Below, in pieces: positions 30,437 to 40,432 of a stretch of DNA of 64,000 nucleotides (the stretch's first letter is position 1; each line of letters begins with the position of its first letter). A model generated the notes under the pieces. It saw only the letters and a list, made by a program, of their open reading frames with translations. It was not told the origin of the DNA and did no database searches. Made by a program: the position numbers and the translations under genes. Source of the DNA: a phage; the NCBI GenBank assembly GCA_017676145.1, contig GCA_017676145.1_3628.1. One strand, 5' to 3'.

Positions 30437-31153
30437 TTAGTTAACATCAATAGCACGACCAGACTGGTTGGCAATAGCCTCATCATTAGAGGTAGCAATA
30501 ACACCAGAGTATTCGCGCTCATCTGGAGCAAGCGTCCAGGTATTGCGGTTAATGGTTTGTTCTGCCTCGGTCATCAGTAGATCTTTATCCTGAGTCAACA
30601 GAGAGCCTACAGGGATTGGGTTTTCCATCTCAGGACCAGCATACTGGTTCCACCATGTGGCATCCCCGGTTCTAGGCAACCTGAAGTTGATCAGGTAGTA
30701 CAGCTTATTAGCCCACTTAATCCAGCCTTCATCATCACAGAGAGAAGTTGTCCCAGCATCAGGTTGTGGATAGGTAAACTGATCAAGACCTACGAAAGCA
30801 AGTCTTACAATCTCGTTCTCCTTGGTAACAACCTCGAAGAACGCTTGATATGTTCTCGATCTTCGATCCATGGTAGATTGGAAGTTTATGATGTTTAGCA
30901 CATCCGGCTCTTGTCTTGCCACTTCCATAATCTTGTTATCAAGAACAGTCTTCATGACCTTCTTGCTAAGAAAGTCCATATAAGGGAAGCCAAACAATTC
31001 GTCAAAGTACCAGCTCCCTTTCCAGGTATTAAACCTCATCCACAGGCGCTGGCGCAGACTTACCTGGTTTGAGTCTATCAACTCAAGACCTTTGTCTATC
31101 GCCAAATCGCCTGTCTGTGGGTCCATCAATATATCACTATAAAGCGTAGCCAT
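30437..31153 (-). CDS. baseplate protein (238 aa), unassigned
   Basis: Position immediately after spike gene. Confidence 0.35.
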   Translation of the reverse strand: MATLYSDILMDPQTGDLAIDKGLELIDSNQVSLRQRLWMRFNTWKGSWYFDELFGFPYMDFLSKKVMKTVLDNKIMEVARQEPDVLNIINFQSTMDRRSRTYQAFFEVVTKENEIVRLAFVGLDQFTYPQPDAGTTSLCDDEGWIKWANKLYYLINFRLPRTGDATWWNQYAGPEMENPIPVGSLLTQDKDLLMTEAEQTINRNTWTLAPDEREYSGVIATSNDEAIANQSGRAIDVN

Positions 31154-31165
31154 GCAAGCCCTCTA

Positions 31166-31843
31166 TTAGTGCGGTCCACTTGTCTCACCATCAGGGCAAG
31201 AGTGGGTATGACCTTTATATTCTGCATAGAATGAGTCCAAATCCACACCAGCAGCAGTTATGATTCTACCCGATGGGTCTATTGTGGCACCATTCATTCT
31301 AATATTTCCATCCACAGCAGCTCGTAAATTGGCAGCTCCGTTGGTGAAAGAAAACTCCCCGCTACTGTCGCACCGTAATGTCCCACCAGGTGTTTGAAGC
31401 TCAAAATCACCAGAAGGTGTCAGCTTAAAATAAACCCTATCATTCCATAACTCTACATTATCAGGATCGATCTGCAGAGCATTAGAGTCTGAATGAACAG
31501 AGGTTATTGCCCACCCCGGAAACAGGCCGTGAGTTTGTTGATCATCGTTATTGTTTTCATTTCTCTCTGAAAACTGCAACCCTACAACATCTCCAGCCTT
31601 AATAGGGAGTGTTAACCTTGCCTTCCCACTGTTTGCAGACATCACCTGGATTGGCACATCATAGATAAGAGGGTATCTCTCAACATCTCCGTCATCAAAC
31701 GTGGTTTCAGCTATTGGCTGCACGGCTGCGGAAGGGATACTGTAATCTACGCTGACAACTCTAGCCCTGATACTGGTGTGGTAGTCCCTCATTATTTTTT
31801 CTATAAAGGATCTTACGGCAGCATCTTTCCTATTTATTGCCAT
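31166..31843 (-). CDS. baseplate central spike protein (P2 gpV / Mu gp45-like)
   Basis: 225 aa; OB-fold-like N-terminus and C-terminal YKGHTHSCPDGETSGP apex motif (HxH) typical of gpV-type spikes. Confidence 0.55.
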   Translation of the reverse strand: MAINRKDAAVRSFIEKIMRDYHTSIRARVVSVDYSIPSAAVQPIAETTFDDGDVERYPLIYDVPIQVMSANSGKARLTLPIKAGDVVGLQFSERNENNNDDQQTHGLFPGWAITSVHSDSNALQIDPDNVELWNDRVYFKLTPSGDFELQTPGGTLRCDSSGEFSFTNGAANLRAAVDGNIRMNGATIDPSGRIITAAGVDLDSFYAEYKGHTHSCPDGETSGPH

Positions 31844-32841
31844 TATACCTCCTCAGTTTTGTCAACAACTCCACCTATTGTTTCCCCAAGGCCAAGCTCT
31901 GTAGTGTAATCACCGCCCTCTATGGTGCCCTTATGGTGCACCGTGATCACCTTATAGAAGCCTGTGTATTGCCTGCTTTTAAGATAAATGGTGGACTCTG
32001 GGAGGATAGCTCCGTTAAGGCATGTTGTTACAGTAAGACCAACATCCTCTCTCGGGTTTTTCTTTTTCTTACTTGTGCCACCCTTCGCAGCAGCTTTAGC
32101 TTTTCGTTTTTTAGCAGGTTCTGGGTTTTTAGGGGTAGGTGATCCGTGCATCCCAGACTCTGCACTTATTTCAAACACAGAGTCCTTGAACCTTTTTCCA
32201 ACCTTGGTCCAATACAAAGCCCCATCCTGAACGCTAAACGTCGAGTTGGTCAGCCTTGCAAACCTGCGGAGGTTCTCTGCAGTGTTTCCAGAGAAAGCCA
32301 TGGAGTATTGCAGAGTCTGGTTTCCAAAACCAACAACCCTACCTTTTGGCAAGTTCATATCCTTCAGCAGGTCATTAAGCACAGAGTTCAGAGGTGTGCC
32401 TTTCTGATAAGATCTTGTGCTTTGGCACTTAATGATGTTCTCAGTGCCATCACCAAAGATGAACTTAGTTTTTCTGGTCGGGCCTTCCCATCTGTCCTCA
32501 ACAAACTCTACAGTTCCGGAGAATATCAACTGGTTCTCATTATCATAGCCAGCCTCAAACATAACTGCAAGAGCATCAGCTTGATGCATATCTAGATAGT
32601 TGACTGTATCGTCAGACAGATTGTAAACTGTCACATAGCCTTTGTTTGGCTCTTTAGTATTGTCCTTTTGTATGTCAAACTCTATATTGGCAGCACCAGT
32701 GTCCGAGCTAATCTCATAAACTCCGGAATCACTCTCTCCTTTCTTTTCAACAGATTTTGGGATATTGGTTTTTGATTTACCGCCATGCTCTACAGGGCGA
32801 CCAAACAACAGTCGCCATGTTCTACGTCTGTACTCTGCCAT
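31843..32841 (-). CDS. baseplate hub/assembly protein (332 aa, tentative)
   Basis: Position between tape measure-proximal genes and spike; Lys-rich C-terminal tail. Confidence 0.35.
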   Translation of the reverse strand: MAEYRRRTWRLLFGRPVEHGGKSKTNIPKSVEKKGESDSGVYEISSDTGAANIEFDIQKDNTKEPNKGYVTVYNLSDDTVNYLDMHQADALAVMFEAGYDNENQLIFSGTVEFVEDRWEGPTRKTKFIFGDGTENIIKCQSTRSYQKGTPLNSVLNDLLKDMNLPKGRVVGFGNQTLQYSMAFSGNTAENLRRFARLTNSTFSVQDGALYWTKVGKRFKDSVFEISAESGMHGSPTPKNPEPAKKRKAKAAAKGGTSKKKKNPREDVGLTVTTCLNGAILPESTIYLKSRQYTGFYKVITVHHKGTIEGGDYTTELGLGETIGGVVDKTEEV

Positions 32842-33221
32842 TATTCTAACCCTTGCTGTTCCTTGTAAAGATCAACTGGGGTACCGTATACAAGTTGCAG
32901 CTCAGATCTTGCTCCAAGGTTGTATCTTCCAACCCGTCCCCAATATTGATCGTCTTTAAACGACAGCACCATCAATCTACCTTTCGGTAAGTCGTCTCTG
33001 TAATGCAGTCCGTCTAGAATATCTTGACAAGCTGTTACTTTTCTGGTTACTAAAGGGCTGTCACCTACCGGACCAAGAGATAACCACCAGGACTCATCCC
33101 TCTCATTCCATTGCATACGCATTTCATACGTCTCATTGTCTAAAACAACACGCATGGTTTGATCAGGAAAGCCGTCAATGTCCCACACAAAGGTGATTAT
33201 GCACCAATCTTTAAGCTCCAT
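32841..33221 (-). CDS. tail/baseplate protein (126 aa), unassigned
   Basis: Overlapping co-oriented ORF. Confidence 0.35.
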   Translation of the reverse strand: MELKDWCIITFVWDIDGFPDQTMRVVLDNETYEMRMQWNERDESWWLSLGPVGDSPLVTRKVTACQDILDGLHYRDDLPKGRLMVLSFKDDQYWGRVGRYNLGARSELQLVYGTPVDLYKEQQGLE

Positions 33222-33233
33222 TACACGCTCCCC

Positions 33234-34145
33234 TTATTTTCCGTTAACTTTGTTGTAGTTTCCCTGTTCAGATGGGACTATGGTAGAAGGTCTTCCATAT
33301 TCCTGATAATACCAATCCGCAGCAGATTGGGTAACACCGTTTTCATCCGTCCACATCATAGATTTGTATGGCTGCCACTCTTCTGCAGCATTTGTGGATG
33401 CAGTGTCTGCAAATGCCCCTGTGTCCCTCTTGTTACCTACGTTACTGCCATTCTTACAATCGTTGACAGCACCTTTTTGCTGGGTCTTGCCTACTTTCTT
33501 AGGGTTGCTGTATACAGTTGCATTAACAACCTTGTTCAAGTAGAATGTGCGGAACTCTGTGAGTTCTACATCAAACACCATCGCAGCGCCTTCACCAACA
33601 GACTTGTTGGCAGAAAGACTGGTTATGATGTAGTTCTCAAGGAGTCTCTCCTCGGTAACCAAAGAAACCAATTGGCGCTTATTAATGATCTCAGTCAAAG
33701 CCTCCAGTGCAGCGCCCGGTCGCATAGATGCTGCAGGGTTTTTAGAGTCAGTATTCCTGTCAATGTAGTTTTGCTCATAGATTATATGTGGTGATGTATT
33801 TACCCTACCAGTAAAAGAAAATACACCATCTTTAATTACAGCGTGGTCTGACAGGGTAGATTTATCTTCCACCGCAAAATCAGTCTTATCAACAGAATGT
33901 TTGAAAGAGTAATTCTCAACCTGATCGAAGATAATGGCAAGATCGTTAGTAAAGTTTTTACCCTTCATCTCCGTATTGCGACCACCATAGTTAAGACCGC
34001 TGACAAACATAGTGTATTTTACATCACTTTCAGTTTGCTGCTCTGCCTTTTCAGCCTTTGGAGATTTAACCTCTTGAGGCTTGTACAGGTCTTTTTCATC
34101 AACTATATTGCTTGGCATAACCTCTCCAGGACACTCCGATACCAT
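33234..34145 (-). CDS. tail protein (303 aa), unassigned
   Basis: First gene downstream of tape measure; co-oriented. Confidence 0.35.
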   Translation of the reverse strand: MVSECPGEVMPSNIVDEKDLYKPQEVKSPKAEKAEQQTESDVKYTMFVSGLNYGGRNTEMKGKNFTNDLAIIFDQVENYSFKHSVDKTDFAVEDKSTLSDHAVIKDGVFSFTGRVNTSPHIIYEQNYIDRNTDSKNPAASMRPGAALEALTEIINKRQLVSLVTEERLLENYIITSLSANKSVGEGAAMVFDVELTEFRTFYLNKVVNATVYSNPKKVGKTQQKGAVNDCKNGSNVGNKRDTGAFADTASTNAAEEWQPYKSMMWTDENGVTQSAADWYYQEYGRPSTIVPSEQGNYNKVNGK

Positions 34146-34184
34146 CTAAATATTGTATCATAAAATAGCCGTTTTTACAACACC

Positions 34185-34211
34185 GATAAAATAAAGGGGG
34201 CCGGAGCCCCC
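34185..34211 (-). terminator. rho-independent terminator
   Basis: On minus strand GGGGGCTCCGGCCCCC hairpin followed by TTTATTTTATC, just downstream of tape measure gene. Confidence 0.6.
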
Positions 34212-34216
34212 GTTTA

Positions 34217-36556
34217 TTACCAAAGGTCGGTAGACATGAAGTTGATATCTTTATTGTTCTCCCACTCAAGTTTTGCATCAAACATTTTGTTAAACTCACC
34301 CTCATCTATTGAAATCGTGATTTTCCCATCACTGATCTCTAAAGGTAGCATTTCCATAGTTCTTAATTGAGAAGCAAAACCAGGGCCACCTGGCAACGGA
34401 AGAGTACCGCCCGGTAAGGTATCCAAAGGATCAACAAACCCGTTACCTCCCGATATGATATCTTTGCGAATCATATCGCTGATAGTATCCAGTTGCTGAT
34501 TTCTCTCACTCAGTGGGTTGAAACGGTCATTAAATAACTCCCCGGCACTTAATATTGTACCGATAATACCAAGCTTACCAAGCAGGCCAACTTTACCACC
34601 AGGTGTCTTGAGGCCACCTCCTCCTTTTCCTGCTGCACCCCCACCAGAACCTTCTGTGGTAGCTGCACCCGCTGCTGCTGCTCCAGCTGCACCTCTTATA
34701 GAGCTAAGGAATTTGAAGGTTTTTACAAGCATAGATGCCATGACAAAACCTTTTGTCAGGGCGTTGACTACCAGCATGATGGCAGCAGCAAACCCTGCCC
34801 ATCTAGCATAGCTAAAGGTGTCATGAAGCTCTTCAGAGTATTCCTTCGTCTTAGCTGTTATGAATCCCCATTTAATCCCCCATTCAAGGAAAAACATGCG
34901 GATCTTGACTATAGTGTTGTTTAGTTCACCAACTACCCAGTTAAGGCCTCTCACAAACCCGCTAACAAAATCACCAGAGGCATCCCACACAAATTGCAGA
35001 GTCTCACCAGTGCGGATTAGTGTATAATAGAACTCTGTTAGTTCGTCAGACCAACGGGTGAATAGTTTCTGACGAGTCAGTTCGATGAAGGTTTTCAGTC
35101 TGTTTTCTGCCAGCACGTTAGACTTCTGCATTCTTTCATAACCAGCTGCAGATGCCTCGTTCATGTACTTAGCCACATACTTCATGATCTTGGCTGTTTT
35201 AACCTCACCTTTCTTCATCATATCCATGAACTGATCCATGGAGAGTTCAGAAAGACCAAAAGCCTCTTTGGTGGCCTTGATAAAAGGTTCGTATGCACCA
35301 GGCAATGCTTCAGCAAGTTGTTGCTTCAGTTCTTCGGACATTACTTGTCCTTTACCGAGCATCTGTTGGATTGCCATGATACCACGCTGGTATTTTACCT
35401 CATCGGCACCATAAGCAGCAGCATACTGGGAGTATGCAGAAAACAGCTCATGCACTTCCTGATTTGTCATCTGGTTTTTGGCGTTTACCGACATCTGGGC
35501 GTAACCTTGAAGACCAGATTTGAGATCAAAACCAAGACGCATAGCCTCTTGCTGGACAAACGCAACCTCACTGTTGGCTTTGTTTGGATCTCCAGTAACA
35601 GCAGTAAGAGCAGCACTTGCCCCCTCCATCATGTGACCGGATCTGTTAACCGCAGCAAATCCAGAAAAAGCTGTATACGCAGCTGTTGCATTAATAACAG
35701 ATCTACGTAAGTCTCTCATGGCATCGCCTAGTGTAAGCGTTTGGCTGGTGGCGCTTTTAAACCCGGACTGCAGCGCTGACAGGTGGGCGTTAAAGGTTGA
35801 CTTCTTCATCTCCCCGCGAGCAAACCTGGACTCTAACTCTGAGTATCCTGGCAAGCTTCCACGGAATCCGGCCCCATACTTGGCAGAAAGTCTTATCGCG
35901 GAGTTGTAGAGGTGGGTTCTCCTTGCCTCACGATCCGACATAAGCTTATTATCCATACCAGCTTTACTGTCTCTTCTTAGCTGTCTATGATAACGATTCA
36001 TAGCGGCTGTCTGAGCTTTCACAAGGTTAGGGTCGGAAGCCACACCACCCATATTAGGGTTACCTGGGATATACTTGAAAGATTTAGCATTAGCCAAAAC
36101 TCTTGCCTTGGGTGCCTTATAGCCGCCGTAAGACACTGGTGCAGATTTGGCAGCCTTTTTGGCCTCTTTAGCTTGCTGCTGGTAGAACTTACGCATCCTG
36201 GCCATTTCTGGATTTTTAGCGGTAAGATTACCTACAGCCTGTTTACGTCTTGCGTTCTCCCTACGTTCTATTGCAGCCCTTACTGCAGCCTCTTTCTTGG
36301 CTTGTGCTACGCTCTCCCTGTGAAGTTTAGCATTTGCCTGAGATTGCTGTCTGGCAACCCGCTGCATTGTTTGCTGAGTTTTAACAGCCACTGCTTGCCA
36401 TCTACTCATTGGGTTGGCTGAGTTAAAATCCTCGCCCAGTTTCCTGAACTCCCTCCCAATACTGCGAATTTTCTCTACAGCTTTTTTGTAGGAGGAGTTC
36501 TCTATCTCAAAGCCAATCTTGTTGACTGTTGTGGCAACTATTTTGTTTGTAGCCAT
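34217..36556 (-). CDS. tail tape measure protein (779 aa)
   Basis: Long Ala/Gln/Lys-rich alpha-helical N-terminal part, Gly-rich middle (GAAGAAAAGAATTEGSGGGAAGKGGGGLK), preceded by chaperone pair with frameshift. Confidence 0.7.
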   Translation of the reverse strand: MATNKIVATTVNKIGFEIENSSYKKAVEKIRSIGREFRKLGEDFNSANPMSRWQAVAVKTQQTMQRVARQQSQANAKLHRESVAQAKKEAAVRAAIERRENARRKQAVGNLTAKNPEMARMRKFYQQQAKEAKKAAKSAPVSYGGYKAPKARVLANAKSFKYIPGNPNMGGVASDPNLVKAQTAAMNRYHRQLRRDSKAGMDNKLMSDREARRTHLYNSAIRLSAKYGAGFRGSLPGYSELESRFARGEMKKSTFNAHLSALQSGFKSATSQTLTLGDAMRDLRRSVINATAAYTAFSGFAAVNRSGHMMEGASAALTAVTGDPNKANSEVAFVQQEAMRLGFDLKSGLQGYAQMSVNAKNQMTNQEVHELFSAYSQYAAAYGADEVKYQRGIMAIQQMLGKGQVMSEELKQQLAEALPGAYEPFIKATKEAFGLSELSMDQFMDMMKKGEVKTAKIMKYVAKYMNEASAAGYERMQKSNVLAENRLKTFIELTRQKLFTRWSDELTEFYYTLIRTGETLQFVWDASGDFVSGFVRGLNWVVGELNNTIVKIRMFFLEWGIKWGFITAKTKEYSEELHDTFSYARWAGFAAAIMLVVNALTKGFVMASMLVKTFKFLSSIRGAAGAAAAGAATTEGSGGGAAGKGGGGLKTPGGKVGLLGKLGIIGTILSAGELFNDRFNPLSERNQQLDTISDMIRKDIISGGNGFVDPLDTLPGGTLPLPGGPGFASQLRTMEMLPLEISDGKITISIDEGEFNKMFDAKLEWENNKDINFMSTDLW

Positions 36557-36611
36557 GCTTTCCTCATAATAAAAAAGGGCCAGATCCCAGAAAAGGAATC
36601 CGGCCCTTAGA

Positions 36612-36860
36612 TTATCCTCTCCTGCGCTTAGCTTTCGCAGCAGCTGCGGCAGCCTTCTGCTCCCGCTCCATTTCTCTGTTTTGGACGGTATCTAGGAATT
36701 CTTCGATATCAAGATACTCACAGAGCTTCAGGAAATACGCCATATCTGCAAGATTTAGCGATTCAAAATTTTCCCCTTTGAAATTCTTGAGCACCCTGCA
36801 CCAAAGAAAGTCGAACCAGTTAAGTGAACTGTTCTTGGCTGCCCACTCACTGGCCCTCAC
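36612..36860 (-). CDS. tail assembly chaperone, -1 frameshift extension (GT-like C-terminal part)
   Basis: ORF in -1 frame relative to 36872..37345; its frame is open upstream through the end of the upstream ORF and past a UUUUUUC slippery heptamer. Confidence 0.55.
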   Translation of the reverse strand: MRASEWAAKNSSLNWFDFLWCRVLKNFKGENFESLNLADMAYFLKLCEYLDIEEFLDTVQNREMEREQKAAAAAAKAKRRRG

Positions 36861-36871
36861 AACAACCTTGC

Positions 36872-37345
36872 TTATTCCTGCTCTTCCGGAGTCTGATCCA
36901 GATTGTTCACCTGCTGGATCATACCCATCTGCTGTAACATCTCCAGAAGGCTTCCTAAACCGTCTTGTGTGAAAAAACAGCCGTAGTTAACCTCCAGAAC
37001 CTTACCTGCCAGCTTAATCATCTCCAGCAGATGCCCTGCAAACACAACATCAGGGTTAAGCTTATCCACACCATCCACGGTAATATCTTCGAACAAGATT
37101 TTAAATAACTCTTCGATAGAGTTATCATCAAGTTCTTGGAACAGGTAAGCCAGGGCTGTAGGAAGGACCTCTGCCATATTCTGACCGCCTGAGAGAATAG
37201 ATCCACCGATAGCACCTAGCGGGACAGCTACAATCTTACCGATTTTAGGCATGTTTTTCATTGCTTTCATCGGTCCCCAGTGGGTGATCACAAAGTTGTG
37301 CCCTGCTAAATCAATCTCTGTTGTAGGTCTAAAGTTTATAGCCAT
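36872..37345 (-). CDS. tail assembly chaperone (G-like)
   Basis: 157 aa acidic protein immediately upstream of tape measure; classic chaperone position. Confidence 0.55.
   Translation of the reverse strand: MAINFRPTTEIDLAGHNFVITHWGPMKAMKNMPKIGKIVAVPLGAIGGSILSGGQNMAEVLPTALAYLFQELDDNSIEELFKILFEDITVDGVDKLNPDVVFAGHLLEMIKLAGKVLEVNYGCFFTQDGLGSLLEMLQQMGMIQQVNNLDQTPEEQE
36971..36977 (-). other. candidate -1 programmed ribosomal frameshift site (U UUU UUC)
   Basis: Heptamer TTTTTTC in the X XXY YYZ register of the chaperone frame (codons tgt ttt ttc), ~30 codons before its stop; -1 frame open from here into 36612..36860. Confidence 0.45.
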
Positions 37346-37388
37346 TTTATAGCATCCTTATTAGTCATGTTGTGCACCATATTTGTGT

Positions 37389-37417
37389 ATTTTACCATGA
37401 TTATGGTGCATTGTCAA
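37389..37417 (-). promoter_or_regulatory. sigma70-like promoter (TTGACA-17-TAAAAT) with flanking inverted repeat
   Basis: On minus strand TTGACAatgcaccataatcatggTAAAAT; inverted repeat TGCACCATA / TATGGTGCA brackets the -10; located upstream of chaperone/tape measure genes. Confidence 0.5.
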
Positions 37418-37454
37418 TTTAACCTTTCAAGCAATTCAAGAACGTGTGTCAAAA

Positions 37455-37489
37455 CCATAAAAGCAAAAAGCCCCACCCGAAGGTGAGGC
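37455..37489 (-). terminator. rho-independent terminator
   Basis: On minus strand GCCTCACC-ttcg-GGTGGGGC hairpin followed by TTTTTGCTTTTATGG, downstream of 157-aa tube-like gene. Confidence 0.65.
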
Positions 37490-37507
37490 CTATGCTAAAG
37501 TGTGCCC

Positions 37508-37981
37508 TTAGATAATACCTGCAAGACCTGCGAGGCCAGTGAGAGCACCAGTGATGTTGTCACGGTTGAGCCATGCATCCAGAATACCGATATCCCAGTC
37601 CAGTTGACCTACTTCGGTTCCGTAAGTCAGGTCAGGCTGCTTCTGAATCCAACCGATTGTGGAAATACCAGGACCCTGGCTGCCCTCCAGCAGAACTGGG
37701 AAGAATACCAGACCAGTAATCGATGCCTGTTTCTGCCAGTCAGAGAGGTAAGCGTTCCATACAGAAGTGTTCTGCAAAGACACAGTCATAACACCTGATT
37801 GGTTACGAGACAGTGCCGCAGACATTTCGCCATCCACACCAACATGAGGGTAGATGTTGTCTTCGTTTCTTGAAACAACGATCTTGGTGTCAGCAGCGAA
37901 GCCAGTGACACGCTGCTGCATCAGATACAGTTTGACCTTTTTAGGGTCATACGCATAAGGAGTTAAAATTTGAGTTTCCAT
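37508..37981 (-). CDS. tail tube protein (tentative)
   Basis: 157-aa gene immediately downstream of a 458-aa sheath-sized gene and followed by a terminator; pattern typical of contractile tails. Confidence 0.45.
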   Translation of the reverse strand: METQILTPYAYDPKKVKLYLMQQRVTGFAADTKIVVSRNEDNIYPHVGVDGEMSAALSRNQSGVMTVSLQNTSVWNAYLSDWQKQASITGLVFFPVLLEGSQGPGISTIGWIQKQPDLTYGTEVGQLDWDIGILDAWLNRDNITGALTGLAGLAGII

Positions 37982-37991
37982 CTAGGCTTCC

Positions 37992-39368
37992 TTATTCAGT
38001 CATTGCAACAGCATTGGTGGATTTAGAACCAACTTTGTCCAGAAGGACGTTGATCCGGATACGAACGAAGTGCAGGGCGTTGTTATACACCAGTTCTACT
38101 TTCACACCTTCCAGAACACGAGCAGCCAACTGATTGGTTGGGATCTCTGCACGTTTAGGAACTGTGATGATCGGGTCGTAGAACACATTGTTGTCTTCGT
38201 CAAAACCTGTCAGGATCGCGCCATTCTTAATGCCAGTATTGATCGGGTTGTTCATCAGAACAGACTTGATAACCGGAAGATCATCATCAGACATCTTCAT
38301 GCTTAAACCCATATTGGAGCGGCGATGCATGTACCCGAACATGGATTCTTCAGATCTGAACTTGATCCAGTGTGCAAAACGAATAGCGTCTGCATACTGA
38401 CCTGAAGCACACTTACCTTCCCAGAAAGCGCCAACACCGTTAATCATTCTATAGAAGTTAACGTGGTTTTCCCAAATCGCCATGCGCTGAGTTAAAGTCA
38501 GAGATGGTGCAATCACACCCGGCATCTGTTTTAAGTGCAAGCTGTCACCGTAAGACGGATCGTTGGATGCCATAGCGCCTACGATACCACCCTCTGGAAA
38601 ATCTTTATCAGCACGAGGATCGTACATGCCGACACTGTCATACTGTGCAGCCATCAGTTTGGTGGCGATGTTATTATCTTTGCCAGTCACATCTTCTGCA
38701 GTAGAGTAGACATGCAGCTTGTAGTTAGCCTGAGCCCACTTGGCACATGCTTCAATGTCGGTGTGGTCTTCATGGCACAGGAAGTACCAATTGTCACGCT
38801 CAGCATTGATCTTATCAACTACTGTAGAAGGTTTTTCAGCATTGGCGATATTTTTGATTGTGTAGTTACCAGTATGATAACCAACAGTGCAGTTACCAGT
38901 GATGGTGAGAACACCTTCAGCAGCCTCTACAGTGATATCGTTCAAGCTATCATCTGCTTCAATTTTAGTCTTCATTGACTCTGCAATCTGAGTTGCACCT
39001 GTTCCACCAGAGATAGGCACTATCAAAGAAGTATTGTAGCTACCTTTTGCAATAGTCATTACAACATCGGTATCAGCTGCGGCAGCAATACCTTTAAAAT
39101 CTACAGTGGTCTTTTCTTTGGCCTGTCTGCCGATCATAACGTATTGTGGAGGGAATACACCACCAAAAGCTTTTGCTGCAAACTCATACGCTGCAGAGCC
39201 TTGTGCGAAACCATCTTCCACCATCTGATCCAGCTCTGCATATACGCGAGCTCGCTCAGTAAAGTTGTTGTGGATAGCGATGAACAGGGGAGTTTCGAAA
39301 CCTACAGTGTCAATAGGCTGGGTTCCGAGGTTAACTGTAACATCTACCACTTTATCTAAATATGGCAT
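37992..39368 (-). CDS. tail sheath protein (tentative; alternatively a large major tail protein)
   Basis: 458 aa, first gene of tail block with its own promoter-like region; assignment by size, order and downstream tube-like gene. Confidence 0.45.
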   Translation of the reverse strand: MPYLDKVVDVTVNLGTQPIDTVGFETPLFIAIHNNFTERARVYAELDQMVEDGFAQGSAAYEFAAKAFGGVFPPQYVMIGRQAKEKTTVDFKGIAAAADTDVVMTIAKGSYNTSLIVPISGGTGATQIAESMKTKIEADDSLNDITVEAAEGVLTITGNCTVGYHTGNYTIKNIANAEKPSTVVDKINAERDNWYFLCHEDHTDIEACAKWAQANYKLHVYSTAEDVTGKDNNIATKLMAAQYDSVGMYDPRADKDFPEGGIVGAMASNDPSYGDSLHLKQMPGVIAPSLTLTQRMAIWENHVNFYRMINGVGAFWEGKCASGQYADAIRFAHWIKFRSEESMFGYMHRRSNMGLSMKMSDDDLPVIKSVLMNNPINTGIKNGAILTGFDEDNNVFYDPIITVPKRAEIPTNQLAARVLEGVKVELVYNNALHFVRIRINVLLDKVGSKSTNAVAMTE

Positions 39369-39440
39369 TTGTTTCCTCTTAATATCTGTGCACGGATATC
39401 AAACACGCAGTGTAATCATTACACTACACAATTATAACGA

Positions 39441-39992
39441 TTACTGACCACTGTCTGTAACCGCTTTACCAGAATTGGGTGAAGGGAAGTGTGTGGTTAT
39501 TTCAGCCTTAATTCCCTGAAGATCCTCAAAAGCCCCAATGTCTGTCTCAACAAACCTTACGTTAAATGTCAGCATCACAGTGGCTCTATTTTCATACGTC
39601 TGCTTATTCAACGGCACTCTTTGAGGTGAGATTGTTGAATTGTTAGAGTAGGCAAAGCACGATCCCAGAGGGAAATACTTGTCATAAAACATTGGAAGAT
39701 TTATTGCTTGCAATACTCTGCTAAGTGCAGCATATGCCCTGCCACGATAAGCTGTTAGCAGATAGGTAACAGTATAGCTGTGGGTGACGTAAGCATTACC
39801 CTCCGCATCTTGAAACTCATTATCTTCCCAAGTGGTAGGATTGATCGCCAAGGTTTGTAAAAGTACAAACTCACCTTCCGGCTTCGGTATGGTAGAGCTT
39901 TCTGCCAGAACTACAGTTCTTCCTGTGGCAACCTTGACAAGCTTAGCAATGGTTGTTTCAAGATCAGAAAAAACTTTTTCGAAAGCTTCCAT
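39441..39992 (-). CDS. head-tail joining/tail completion protein (183 aa), unassigned
   Basis: Position between head and tail modules. Confidence 0.35.
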   Translation of the reverse strand: MEAFEKVFSDLETTIAKLVKVATGRTVVLAESSTIPKPEGEFVLLQTLAINPTTWEDNEFQDAEGNAYVTHSYTVTYLLTAYRGRAYAALSRVLQAINLPMFYDKYFPLGSCFAYSNNSTISPQRVPLNKQTYENRATVMLTFNVRFVETDIGAFEDLQGIKAEITTHFPSPNSGKAVTDSGQ

Positions 39993-40417
39993 TAGTTTTC
40001 TCCTTCAGGCTCTTCTACCACAAAAAATCTATATCTCCCACCACCAGAGGTAACATATGCATCGCATTTTAAAACGGTAAACCATTTCAAGTCACCACGG
40101 ATGTCAGGAAGTTGAATTTGATCAGCCATTGCGTATGTTCCTTCATCCGGACTATACAACTTGGTTGAGGAGTAAACTGTAAAAGCCTCGTACTGTCTGT
40201 CACCTTCAGGGTTTATTTGAGAGGAATAATCTTTAGCCGCCCTTCCTGTCAACGGCTGCACAACACACTCTAAGACATCAAACTCTTCATACTCAAGTTC
40301 TAACCCCTCGTTGGCAAAAGGGCCACCAACTGTTTTGTTATACACTCTGTGGCGACCTTTGAATGTTTTACGAGGTATTAGTCTGTTCTTTCCTATCAGC
40401 TTATAACCTGCTGCCAC
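39992..40417 (-). CDS. head-tail joining protein (141 aa), unassigned
   Basis: Position; 1-nt overlap with downstream gene. Confidence 0.35.
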   Translation of the reverse strand: MAAGYKLIGKNRLIPRKTFKGRHRVYNKTVGGPFANEGLELEYEEFDVLECVVQPLTGRAAKDYSSQINPEGDRQYEAFTVYSSTKLYSPDEGTYAMADQIQLPDIRGDLKWFTVLKCDAYVTSGGGRYRFFVVEEPEGEN

Positions 40418-40432
40418 TCAACCCCCTTATTT

